A stretch of 63,990 nt of DNA, counting the filler, from Diploschistes diacapsis (Eukaryota), in NCBI GenBank assembly GCA_023645945.1. It is 5 parts of 5 records of this genome, joined end to end, with 100 filler letters (N's around TTAATTAATTAA, not from the genome) between each part and the next. Parts side by side here need not be neighbours in the genome. Positions count along the whole stretch, not along the records: positions 39,163 to 52,095 come from JALAIB010000704.1; 4 more parts are not named here. One strand, 5' to 3'. Positions 39,163 through 51,700 of the stretch are shown in pieces. The notes under the pieces are model-generated. The model ran no database searches. It was not told the origin of the DNA and worked only from the letters and a program-made list of their open reading frames with translations. The position numbers were made by a program, and so were the translations under genes. Position 1 is the stretch's first letter, and the number at the start of each line of letters is the position of its first letter.

Positions 39163-42100
39163 TAGTAATATATAAGATTTACGGGATAATCGTAGAACAG
39201 AAGTTAAAAAAAAACGAAAATACTTTAAAAATAAAGTAATTAAAGGCCATACAACGTTTAATGATTCGGAAAACCGTTTTCGTATAATTAAGCTCGGAAA
39301 ACTATTATCTCGTATTTAATTTATATAAAATAAACTTAATATAAATCTTCCGATCATTCCATTCACGAACTTTACAAAATATTTAATTCAAATCCCACCT
39401 ACGTTCAGAAATTATGGTTTCGCGCCGCTCTTCGTTTTTATCTTATACGCCTTCCGAAATCACGTCGCTAAATTACCGTATTAGTACCTTTAATATTATT
39501 ACGTCGATAACGGTTCTACATCCGGTTTACCTTCAGGTTATTAAAAGGAACTCGAGAAACGACGCGAAAAGGATCCTCAAGTTCATTAAAGAAAACGGTT
39601 CGCTTCGCTATTAGCTTATAAGATACCACGAGATTATCGAAACTTAAAAAAATCTTTACGACGTAATTATAAAAGCTTATAAGCTACTTAAAGCAACCAA
39701 GGAAGTCATTCAGAAAGAATTCTAAAAATTTAATAAAAAACAGGTAACAATAGACGGGACGTTGTATAAATACTGGAAAATTGATATTAAAAACGGCGAT
39801 GTTCGGGTAGTTTGAATTCTGTTTCTTGGAAATGTTTCCCCCGTTTACTAGCTTTAAAAGCACGTATTAAACATAGATATAACGTTAATTAAAATCTTGT
39901 AATTAAACTGCTAGCCATTTACATAATTAATTAATATAAGTCCTACGCTTCGCTTAAGAATAAAATAAACAAACGATATAAACCGGGTCGATTTTACGCC
40001 GGTTTCGTCCATTAAAGTCGCTTAAAGATTACGGAACCTTCTACTACAATTTATTAAACCCGAGTTCAAATTCCGGTATTGATAGAATAAATGCGGCGAT
40101 AAAAAAAATTAGATTAATGTCGCCGAAAAGAACGGCCGAACGCAGTTTGTATTTAATTAATTCTTGATATCCGAATCTTTCGATATCAGGCTCGGCAATA
40201 TAAAGAACACGACATTAAAATAATACAGAGAATACATTGAGTTTAACGCTTCAGCCTGGCCGTTTTTAGGTACCGAAGAACGCTTTTAAAATGCCTCCCG
40301 GAACAAGAACTGTTGCTAGAAAGGCACAATAAGACGACAAAATAATCTCGGGTCATTATAAATGACTGGATCTATGCTATCCTTTAACGCGGTTAAGATC
40401 CGATATTTTGGTTTAACGGGTCCTGGCTGATAATATCCTCGGCATTAACAAAAAAATAGCTTCCGAATTAAGCACCCTTTAAAAAACATTAGCAAGATCT
40501 TGTATTACAAAGAAACTATATTGATCTAATAGAAAAATTAATAGATCAACGTTTAAACACGGCGGGGCGAGACCCGGCCTAACGTAATATAAGTTGCGAT
40601 CAACTAATAAACGTTCTTTTACCTTTATGATCGCGTATTACTATCCTATAACCCAAGATGCTTTTTCTTTAAACATTAGCAGCGTCCTTGAATGGCGGGT
40701 ATGCTACGGATTCGATTACATTTATCTAGGATTTGTTACGGATAGTCACACTACTGAATCTTTTAAGTAAGCGAATGAAGTAACACGATATCTTTTTTAA
40801 AAAATTAGAGAAATTCATAAAACATTTTTAATAAAAGAAAAAAAAAGTGAGATTATATTCTTAATTAATAACAATATTTTTAAAATAACGGTATATTAAT
40901 AAATATTTTTAGAGGTCTTCGGTGCTCTTCGTATCGTGTTAGAAAAAAAGGATTCTACGGCGTTTATACGTTAGTAATTCCGAAGTATTACGCCAGAACG
41001 CTTGAGATTCGAATGCATCAATCACGCATCTCACGATAGAAAACCTTGATCTCCGCTAAAGTTTCTAAAAATCTAATTTAATCAACCGTGAACGTCAAGG
41101 TATCGCTTAGCTTCGCTTACTTACGGGATTTTTCCGTTAACTTTTGTTTTAGGGCAATCAATCTAGATACGAGACTTTCTTTTCTAATATATAATTAGCC
41201 GTTCCTGCCATTAAAGCGCAATAGCTTAGAACTAAATTAACGTAATAATAACATAATTAACCGTCTCGGCCTCTCCGTCTTGCGTATCTATGCTAAAGAG
41301 GCGAAGAAGCTCCTGATCGAGCCGTTCTTCGCCTAACCCCTTCTTATCATCTCGATCCTAAAAGTCCTAAAAGTCTTTCACTAGATTATAATCAAAATCG
41401 GGAAGGTCGAAAAGATCGATATAATCGATCAGGTTTTTAAGAATTTCTTTCAAATTACCTTGTACCATGATTCCGATAGATTACCTTAAGTATATATCGG
41501 GGAACATCGAGTCGATTTATACCCCGTTTTATGAAAAGTATGAAGATAACTTTGCATCGTGGCTGGGCCATTGCTCTATAAATTGGAAAAACGTTCGCAA
41601 TAATACCCGTTTTTTCTTCTATATCTTTTTCTTCCATAAAAATGACGGGCGGTAAACTTTAAACATTTAAAGAAAAGATCATATTACTTCAAATCCGCTT
41701 TCTTTACGAACGTTAGAACTAAAACCAAATACGCGTAAAATTTAATAAAATCCATTTTAATCGAATCCGGAACAGATACGAAATAATTTTTAAATATAAG
41801 AAATTACGGGTATTTCTTTCCGGGATTATATTATAACGTTCTCGTTGAAAGTACACCGAAACAAAACCCGTCTTAAGTTACGGAAATGAATGCTATCGAA
41901 GAAGACGAAAATGCCGTAACGTAGAACAAATCACTCGACTATATAAATATGTAAAAAATAACGCCCATTTTAACCGCTAAAACATCTAAATAGGAAGATA
42001 ACCAATCTAATCGTAATCAAAATACGGTCATTACGGTAAACAATTTCATTATTAACGGCGCTAAGACTAGCTAGACGAGTCAAGGTTAAAGAGGCGAAAG

Positions 42101-42507
42101 CGTTTCCAGCGACGGAGAGAATAATAAGGTAGATTCCACGACCGGGTTATTAAACGATATGGAAGGATCCTTTAGCGAGCCCTTCCTGGACTAGATTTTA
42201 ACTGAGTTAGCGTATCACGAAACCCGAGAGGTTCTAAAGAAACCTAAAAGCGATATCTTTTTTATAGATATTAATTCCGAATCCGAGTAAGATTAATGGG
42301 CCGTATTAGTCAGAAGACTGGCCCGCATAGACATAACGGCAAATAGTTTTAAACCAATTTTAGATCTCTTTATATAAACTTTCTTTTTTTTTTCCAGTTT
42401 GCCACGAAAATACTCTATTTTAAAGTAACTACGTGTAAATTACAATATCTTACCCTTTCTGATTCTATTGATAAAAGTAACAACATATTATTCAGTATAA
42501 GCTTGCG

Positions 42508-43230
42508 ATGGAAGTAAGTATCCGAATAGATCGGCATCCGAAAATAATTTTTACTAATTTACTCCAAGTGTCAAAGTCGATGTGGCTGCTGTTAAAATAT
42601 AGGCTCGTGTGCCGTATACAACTTTATCGGCGATTTTAAAGTAAGAAAGTTCAAGACGTTGAAACAGCTAAAACTTCTGTTAAAACACGTCGCCAGCATA
42701 ACAGCCGAGCTACACGAGTTAAATGTAGAGAATTTCGCCCGTAGAAGCACGATTAATCAACTTCGGGACCGTATTGTAAAATAAGACCAGAATCTTTACT
42801 AAATATAGACATACGTTGACGAAAGCGATGAAACCTCGAAAGTAACTATAATTCGCTACTCGAGAACAGTCGACTTAATTCAAAAAATTTGTAATAATAC
42901 GGATAATAACTTTATGATCATAACCGAAAAGGTAAAGACAGATACGCCGACGAAGATGAATATTATTAACGGAATGGTAATAATGGACATTAATAGACTA
43001 AAAATAGACTTACTTAATTTCGTTATGAGGAAAAATTTCAGGATTAAGGAGCTCGAGAAAACTCTAATGGCGAAAGACAGTCGCATTTCAGACCTTAAGA
43101 AGTGGATCAACGTTTAATAAAAAGAAACCGATCGAGAAAGCCAGCCGCTAAATTACCTGGCTTAATAGGTAAGATATCTAAACTAATTAAAGTAAAAGGA
43201 ATTGGCGACCAAGAAATAGAAAAAGAGGTA
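42508..43230 (+). pseudogene. RIPped coiled-coil protein with N-terminal Cys cluster
   Basis: ATG 42508, gtaagt..actaat..aag intron-like segment, then 'CQSRCGCC*NIGSC' and heptad-like 'ITAELHELNVENFARRSTINQLRDRI', 'RIKELEKTLMAKDSRISDLKKW'. Confidence 0.45.
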
Positions 43231-43576
43231 ACAGAGATAGCCTCAGCCGGAATGTTATAGATAGCGAGGGCTTATATTGACCGTATACCTAGAATTTGAT
43301 TTTAGTTTATTTATTGTGCGGTAGCCTGATCCGGTAGTTGTTTATTTCTCTAGCCTTTAATGGAACGGCTGCTATATCCTGAAACGTCGTTCATTTAAAC
43401 CAATTATATACACAATAATAGATCGATGTATATAGGTCAGTTCCTATATCCCACCAGGCAGAAGAGTTTGTACAAGGATATCATGATTAATTGAACTTAT
43501 GCAAATCAATGGCGCTATATTTAACCATCGAACTGCAACGCAGAGTTTTAGAAGTACAGAAATAGCAACTAGTAAA

Positions 43577-43820
43577 GAGCAATGGGCGTAGGTATCAAGG
43601 TCACGATGAGCAATGGCGCTAGGTGTGACGAGTAATAGGCGTAGGCATAATAAATAATGGCGCTAGATGTGATAAGCAATGGCGTCAAATAGCGAAGAGT
43701 AACAACGCTAGGCGTAATAAGCAATGGCGTCAATAGCGAGGAGCAACGACGCTAGGCGTGATGAGCAATAACGTCAATAGCGAGGAGTAACGGCGCTAGG
43801 CGTGATAAGCAATAGCGCTA
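43577..43820. repeat. ~22-bp tandem array (about 11 units) with 44-bp higher-order dimer
   Basis: Units such as GAGCAATGGCGCTAGGYGTGAT alternate with AAGCAATGGCGTCAATAGCGAG. Confidence 0.88.
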
Positions 43821-44403
43821 TCTAACAACATGCTTAATTTCACGCTCTTCGAATGAATCGATATGCGGGAATTTAAAAACGCTTATCGTGATTACGAGAC
43901 GCGGAAATATAAAACTTTATATATAAATGTAATACTAACACAACGCGGTAATCAATAATTTATCATTATATAAATCACTTAAGCGCCGCACGGAACGCCT
44001 TATATCGATTTAAATCATTATACCGCCGATCTATATGAAATGACGAGAACATCTCCGGTAAACGAAGACGCGGAGATCCTTTATATAAAGACGTCGGACG
44101 GTATATAGATCATTAATAATTATATCTTGCCTACTAAGTCTAATACCCAAACGAAAACATAACACGTTATTTAAATGACGTATTATTCTTTAATAGATTC
44201 GAATTAAACTTCATGTAATATCAACGCGGAAGTGCAGCATAGATTAAAAGTCTCTATCGGTTGTTAAAACTAAGTGAATGTTCCTAGACCGCAGAGGGTC
44301 TTATTAAAGACGTTAGCATCTTATATAATCCGAAATCACTTCTATAACCCACGGAACCGTCTATAATAAACAAAAACTAAATAACACGTAAAAGAAAGCA
44401 TTA

Positions 44404-44943
44404 CTATAACTCCCTAAAGATGTTTAAGAGTCCAACGATGATCAAGAAAAGATATTTAATGTTTTAAACGCTGGCCGAAGAAGCGGCCGTTTGTATAAAG
44501 ATTACAGCCTTTCCAGAAAGAAGCACGACGCTCTGCGAGCTGCTTGCCTGATCAAGCAACGGGGTCCCTATACTGTTCGAATTATTCGTAATAAAGTTCG
44601 AGCCAACGCTTACGGGTGGCGGCGTCGAAGAAGGTATAAACGACGGCAATAAGGTCTTTATACTACTCGAATTGTTTATAATGAAATTTGAGCCAACGTT
44701 TGCGGGTAACGACGTCGAAGAAGACATAAACGACGGCAATTAGATCTTTATATTATTCGAATTATTCACGGTGAAGTTCGAGCCAACGCTTACGAATAAC
44801 GGCGTCGAAGGTATAAAAACCGGCACCATAGCTTACTCAACGTTACTTAAGAACTCTTTTCATTAGTCTCTAATATTGACCGCGAAGACCATACCAGTAT
44901 TGCAATAGAAAAAAGGAAAAATCTAACGACAAAAAAATCACAT
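44404..44943 (-). pseudogene. RIPped secreted Ser/Thr/Pro-rich repeat protein with GPI-like hydrophobic tail
   Basis: ATG 44943, hydrophobic leader, three 30-aa repeats (..PVSVGSNFITNNSNSI..), C-terminus 'NIKYLFLIIVGLLNIFREL*'; all in one frame with RIP-type stops. Confidence 0.55.
44571..44830. repeat. 3 x 90-bp tandem repeat (coding, 30 aa on the - strand)
   Basis: Units start at 44571, 44661, 44751 and differ mostly by C/T and G/A transitions. Confidence 0.92.
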
Positions 44944-46199
44944 CGGCTCGCTGTCCCGAATAAGAAAAATAAGGCGTTAATTAATGACGCCGGTTTGATT
45001 AATAAGGTTAAAGAATCTAAAACCGGAATCGAATCCGTTCTATAAGACGTAAGACGTTTCGAACGACGACTAAATAATTATATAATTAAAAATTAAGAAT
45101 TAGAACATGATTATATCGCCGACGATTACGTCGATATTTAGCGACTCGAAAATTAAATCGCCTCAAGAGCCCACGTTAATCCAATACGTTACCGCGAACG
45201 CGACCTCGACGGTCGGAATGATAACCGACGGTCTATTACTCGAAAAACCCATCATAAACGTTTAAATAAATATATTTATAATTTAATTTTATGACGCCGT
45301 AATAGATACCGAAATTCTTTTAATTTATATCGTCTGAACGGGATCATGACCCGATAGAACTATCGTAGGATCGAGATTTAAAAGAAAATCTATTATAAAT
45401 ATAAAGATCGCTAGATCGTGCGATAAGGCGAGAGACGCAAACTCGAAAGGTACAATAACAATAATAAAACCGATTTCAGAAATAAACGCCATTATACCTG
45501 TTAAATAAAATAAAAAGATCGAATATATCGTAACGGCTAAAACTTGATAAGCATAATTAACGCCGATCTAAGAACCGCTTACGATAATAATAATCGTGTT
45601 TAATATCGTCGTATTTACGGTAAGTACGAACGTAAATAAAGTCGGAAGTAGAAACATCGCCTACGCCTACGATAAAGCGGTACTATTAAGAAAGGAAGTT
45701 AATCGCAACGATAAAATAGACATAATAACCGATATTCGTTATATTTTTATAAAGTATATCGATCTATGATCTAGACGGATATATAAAGATATATAATCTA
45801 ACCGAAAGGATAACCTTGACCTAAAACGCCGCGAGATAAGCGGGAATAGAAACCTATCTTTAGCGAGTTCTGTTTTAATAAAGGAAGAGCTCGGTAAAGT
45901 ATAAAAACGCAACTCAAGCATTTTAGAAAAATGTAAGACGTATTAGTAAACAGGAACACTCGGCTGCATAAAAATGATATACGCGATCTTTATAAGAACG
46001 TCGTCGACTATCTTTACGCATTAAAAATAACAGAATTATTCTAATAAAGCGATTAATAAGCTTAATTTTCTTAAGGAATACGTCTTATCCATAACTACTA
46101 CGCGGTGATCCGACACGATAAGTTTTGTTAACCCGAATATCTTGATCCCGGAACCTGATTATAGTAACGGAACGTTCTCGTCAGGGCAGCATACGTCGA

Positions 46200-48150
46200 C
46201 TAATGTTAACGTACACGAGCCTTAACCGTCGGGCTAGAATAAGAATACGCATCCGTTAAACACTGGCATACATCAGCCAATTGTGGAAAAAGACGAAAAA
46301 GAGCTCATTATAGATTACATCAAGAGGAAACGTGGCTAATTCACGAAAGAAAAGCTTAAAGAAATAGGACTTTAGAAAGCAACCCGAATCGAATTCTGTA
46401 GCCTAAATGATATAAAAGATCTATAGTAATGCCATCTAATAGAATTTAGCGAAAAGGAACGCGATTTATATCTAAAGTCCTTATTGCGTCTCGTCTATCC
46501 GGATAAGCATCCGAACGCGACCGATACGTAAAAAGTAATATTAAACAAAATTATCGCAAGTAAGTTTATCCAATAATTTAATTCATTTAGTTCTAATCGT
46601 TAACAGAATTTAATATTATATATAAATACGTATCGAATCCGTTAAAGAAGAATATTAATAAAAACAAAAACTTCTTTAATCATATATCGGGACAATTCGG
46701 AGAAGAATATCTACGTTTTTATAACACGATACGATTTATAAAATCCTTTATCATCGTCTTTAAGAATCTAGAGAATGCAGCCGTTTTAAAGATATTAACG
46801 GAACTTAACCGCGAGATAAAGACGATGAACATTCAGGTTAACAAAATCTCGAAAACCGGACTAATACGCGAAAAATTAATATCGTTCTATAAAAATACGC
46901 ATAAAATTATTATTAAATACTTAATAATTAGCGAAGAAGATTAACCTAAATTGAAAAAAAAATTTCGATAAATATACTAGAACTCGAAACACTTTTACGA
47001 ATCTTACGACTTATCTCGAAGCTTTTCGTGGCCTTCGCCCGATTACACTCGTCGGCCTATTTACTAATACAAACAGAATAAAGAGAGAGAAAGGATCCAA
47101 AACGGCGTTTGGTCGTACAACGACTTCAAGAAGCAAGTTAAGTCAAAAGACAATTCTAATGCTTTTTCGGCCGGTAACGAGGGCCCTTCGAGCCGGCTAG
47201 ATCCAAATGGCAGCACCGCTCTTCAGCCAAGACAGGAGATATCAGGTCCGCCGAATCCAGATACTAACGCCATTCGTTAACCAAGGTAGAACGGCGGTAA
47301 GGAATAAGCGTAACAGATTTAGGACGAGACTGTTAGAAACATACGAATAACCGTTGGATAAGGTTCTAACCTCTTAATAAATTTTATATAATCGAGCTTT
47401 ATTAACTTCGATAAAATTATAGAAGAAAATATAACTTTTAACGGCAAAAGAATGCTGGTCGCTAAAAAAATCGGATCCGTAAATTAGAATATTATCGTTA
47501 ATAAAAATACGAAGGATTCCCCGTCGTACAGATTTTAAACCGGGAACGAGTACGGAAACAGACTAATATTAAATAAAATCGTGAAAAACTTACCACGTCT
47601 TAATTACGCGGAAAAAAGTTTGGTCGAAACAGAAAAATATATTTAAAAATCTTCGTTTTTCCGCCTCCTTAGAATAGCTTAGCTCGAAAAACAGACTTAT
47701 TACTTTACGACTTAACGGAATAGGAAATAAACCTAAATCTTCCGATCGGATCTCGCTGTTTACTTAAAAAGCGGCGCGATAATCGATCAGATGGTTCAAG
47801 AACTAGGAACCGAATTACCACCTTATAAATTAAACATAGTAAAGTTTTTGAACGTATTGATTCTCGTCGAGTCGTACGGGCAAAATCTGTAACTAATAAT
47901 AACCATTCACGGGAATACTTTCGCTCCGGAATTGGCCGGCCAGGATATTATACAAAACTTAGCCTTTTCTTTCCAGCCTACGACGAACCATTTTCAGTAT
48001 CTTTAAGGAGCTAGTTTCTAATACGGGTCGATCTATTCTAATACGGTACGACAGACTTTCAGATAAAAAATATTCCCTGCGCCCCGTGTAATTGCCCGGT
48101 AATTAGAATCGATACGTATTTGATCGAAACGTCGCTTTAAGATTTTTATA
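46200..48150 (+). pseudogene. RIPped J-domain (DnaJ/HPD) protein with long C-terminal extension; boundaries approximate
   Basis: 'KSLLRLV[Y<-H]PDKHP' at 46481-46513 (tat from cat); intron gtaagt..ctaat..cag 46560-46606; helix III-like 'AKFNIIYKYVSNP'. Confidence 0.65.
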
Positions 48151-48499
48151 TTTCTTTATACTTTATGCTTTATCGGAAATCTTAGGTTTAATCTTTTTAA
48201 TCGGAGTAATAACTTTTATAAAGTTAATCATTATTCGAGTATAACGTCTTTTTTATATCATCATATATATTAAATATAGGCATTTAGTTGATTAAATAAG
48301 AATCGTTATAAAAAATATAGGTTACTAAAAACAAACCTGAAACACGTCTTACAAGTAATTTTCTGAATTATTACATAGTCTGACCTTAAAAAGCGAGAAG
48401 ATGTGCCTAGATATAATCCAGAATCTTTTCAATATTAGCCTGCGACTAAATAGAATGGTATCTCGATCGAAATCGGAGCTATTTTACGTAGTTCGTCAA

Positions 48500-51400
48500 A
48501 TCCTTCGCCGTTATTTGACCGGATAAAAGCTTGACGCCAAGCCGAACCAGTAAAGACAACGATCGCTACTAGATCGAACGGCAAACGAAGTGCTCGAGAT
48601 ATAGATAATTCAACGGCTGCGTATCTTATAGAAATCGGCCGAACATCTCCATCATTCGAGATAAATACTCGTGTTAGAAATACTCGTGTTAATATTAAAA
48701 AAAGAAAGAAGTACAGAGAAATCCAAAAATTCTTTAATAAGATCTATCGGAGATCTCCTCTATAATTAAATATTCGCATTATTAATCTTACTATCCTTAT
48801 TGTTTTGATAAAGGATTTCGCTGATTATCGGAACCGAAAAAGACAAAGATCTTAGCCGAGACCGTAGTTCGCATAATACAAGCTTCACGATATTTTTCAA
48901 CAGCGATTTAAGTTTTAGAAAACTATCGAACCATCAGATAAATCAACTAACATAAGAGAAAAGAATATACTCGTCGTATCTAATATAGATCTTCTCGTCT
49001 AACGGGAATTACATCTTTTGTAGAAATAAAAGATATTATAAGTATTCGCAATCTAATCCTCGGGTAAATCTTAACCGCAATAGATTATTAACCCGGTACA
49101 TCACTTCGTCTTTTCTTTTAACGTTTTAAATAATGGTTTTGCAATCTTTAAATATTCTTTCTTACTTAACGCCTTTTTACCTCCGGTTTACTTACATATG
49201 TTCACAAAAAAATTCGTTAATGATATATACGGATACCGTCCGGTATGATTTAATTTCAGTACTTTTCCGCGATTTCCTCGTTATCCTACGTTCGATATAA
49301 GTTATTCTTAATTTTTCTTTTAATAATTATTCCCGTCGGCGGAAGTTTCTATACACTTCGATATTAAATATTTTTTATAAGAGCTTTCCGTATACCGAAG
49401 ACGTAACTTCTTCCATAAAAAGCTAAATTAATAATAAATGTTCCGAAAGCTTTCGATCAACAGAATAACCGTCCAAGAATTCTGCGAGTTAAGCCATTAC
49501 AAGGCCATAAGCAGGTATTAAAGCCAGAATAAGGCCCCGATAGACGTCTTCTAACTTATACTATTTTAATTAATCCCGATAGAAGTTCATTTAAACTTCA
49601 CTGAATGCGCTTAATTTTTCCTCGTCGATTTCGATCCTCTCTTTCCTTCCGTAATAATTAGGAATCTAGGCAGATATTCGCAGGCGTTTGGAAAATGGCC
49701 CCTGTTCCGTACATTGCCGTTTTTCGCTGGGACGCTGATTATTAAACGAATCGTCTTTGGGTGGGACTGTAAGATCTATAAGAAGCCTAAAATAGCATAA
49801 ACGGAGTTATAATAAATCGATCGACGCGGGAACGGACGCGACATACAAATACGTTTCTGCATAAATCAAAACAAATACTCCGCAGTTTCAGCCATCGCCC
49901 ATTTCGGGAACCTATCTTAGTCAACCTGGACCCAGTCAAAGTAACCTAATAACAAATCTTTTGATATATTGTTTTCCGAACGCGCTCGCCTAAATCTTTC
50001 ATCAGAAATTATTGTATTAAATCCTTCTGCGACTCTTTCGTGAATTCGTTATCGAAGATAAACAATGTTTTAGTTTCCTTAACCGAAACGAAAAGAAACC
50101 AATAATAAAGAACGCAGCAAGGAACGATAATAAGACGAGCGCTCAGATCGCAGATTAAAGATTTAAAATCCTTATATTCGTAAGCCCTTAGAACTCGGAC
50201 CGGATCAATAACGTAAATATCGATATAACCGCCGAAGATGCGATTTAAGGTTATAAACATAATATAGTTATCGAGTTATGATTCCTAAATCGGATCTTAA
50301 AGTAAGAAACGACTAAGAATCTTATAGGTCTCTACCCGGCTCGAGATTTATAGAAAGATATCCATTTATAAATCTTTATTAGCCAAATATTGTTTAATAT
50401 AAAGCATAAGGTCGTCTCGAGTATCACGTTTAAACTAAAAATAATTTAACAACTTTGGTTAATACGTGTTACTCTTAATATCCTTCTAACTAAATTCTAT
50501 GGTAAAAAACAGCCTATCCTTAGATCTTTTTAGAGAAAGGAGCTCTTCGTTGTTTAAATTGCTAACTGCTTCATTTTTAATAATAACGGGTGCGTGCAGT
50601 TTCGTCGTCGTTAGCAACGGGAATTTTTTACCGCGTTAAGAATAACCGAGATACTCCGACGTCGACGAACCGATAATATTATTTTATAACTCTAAGCCAG
50701 ACGAGAAAAAAACGATATTACGTTCAGATATCTTACCTTTCTTTTTATTAGTTTCGTTGATAGAGCCATCTTTTTCAACCACGTTATCTTTACGTTCAAT
50801 CTCGTTAATCTTAGATTTTTCGGTTTCATTTCCGTTAACTTAATCTTGCTTAACGTTAAATCCTTTATTATTATTTTCTAACCCGTCCTTAACTTTAATT
50901 CTAAACTCAATTTCCTCGATTTCCTTTTCAATCCCGTTTTCTTTCGTCTCGTTTCCCGTTTTATCTTTATCGCTTTCGATTTAAAACCCGGTTTTCTTAA
51001 CTTCGTCCTTAATCCTTCTGTTTTCAGCTTCGTCTTGAGGCCGAAATTCCTTACCTTTCTTCTTAAACTAATTGTTTCCTGTTTCGTTTTTACCCTCGTT
51101 TTCAAGTTCGATAACTCGAGCTCCCTCTTCAACTCCGTTATCTTTAGATTTATTTTCAATTTCATTTCCTACAACTTAAGTTTCGATTTCGGCTAAGATA
51201 GACGGAATTTTTTTCGTTCGAATCCTAAGTACCGATATTCTATTTTTGCGAAGATGAAGAACGCTCTTCTTACTTCTAAGTCCTTTTACTTCAAAAATTA
51301 AATTACGTTTTGGTTTAAACTATCGATCAAAATCGTTCTTACTTTTATTCCCGTAAGTACGGCTTTCTAAACTTAACGCTATAGTATTTAATTTTTATTC

Positions 51401-51700
51401 GTCGTTAACTTTAAGATTCCTTAATTTGCCGATCGATTTAAAATCGTGAACCTTAATCGGAAAAGAATTAAAACATTTTTTATCGTAAGGCCGGTAAAAA
51501 GACGGAGAATTCTATTCGTCGGAAACACAATTACTTACTTTAATAAAACATACTTTTATATTAATAACGATATAATATGCTTCCGATAATATCTTTACGA
51601 CTTTACCGGGCCGTTAACGAATAATTTTAAAGATTATATTATACCGTCGCAATAAAGACGAAAGATAAATGATTTTCAAATAACACACGAATTGAGAACA
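48500..51700 (-). pseudogene. RIPped large acidic protein with Ulp1/C48 SUMO-protease domain; boundaries approximate
   Basis: '[W]LDNYI' at 50278; 'IIVPCCVL[H][H]WFL' at 50099-50107; 'IFDN' at 50051; 'GDG[W]NCGVFVLIYAE' with Cys at 49882-49884; 'PASIDLL[W]LR'; E/K/N-rich tract 50730-51200. Confidence 0.72.

Noticed and set aside
43577..43820. Regular short-repeat array as a CRISPR-like locus
   Set aside because: Units are contiguous with no unique spacers, the context is eukaryotic and no cas genes are present.
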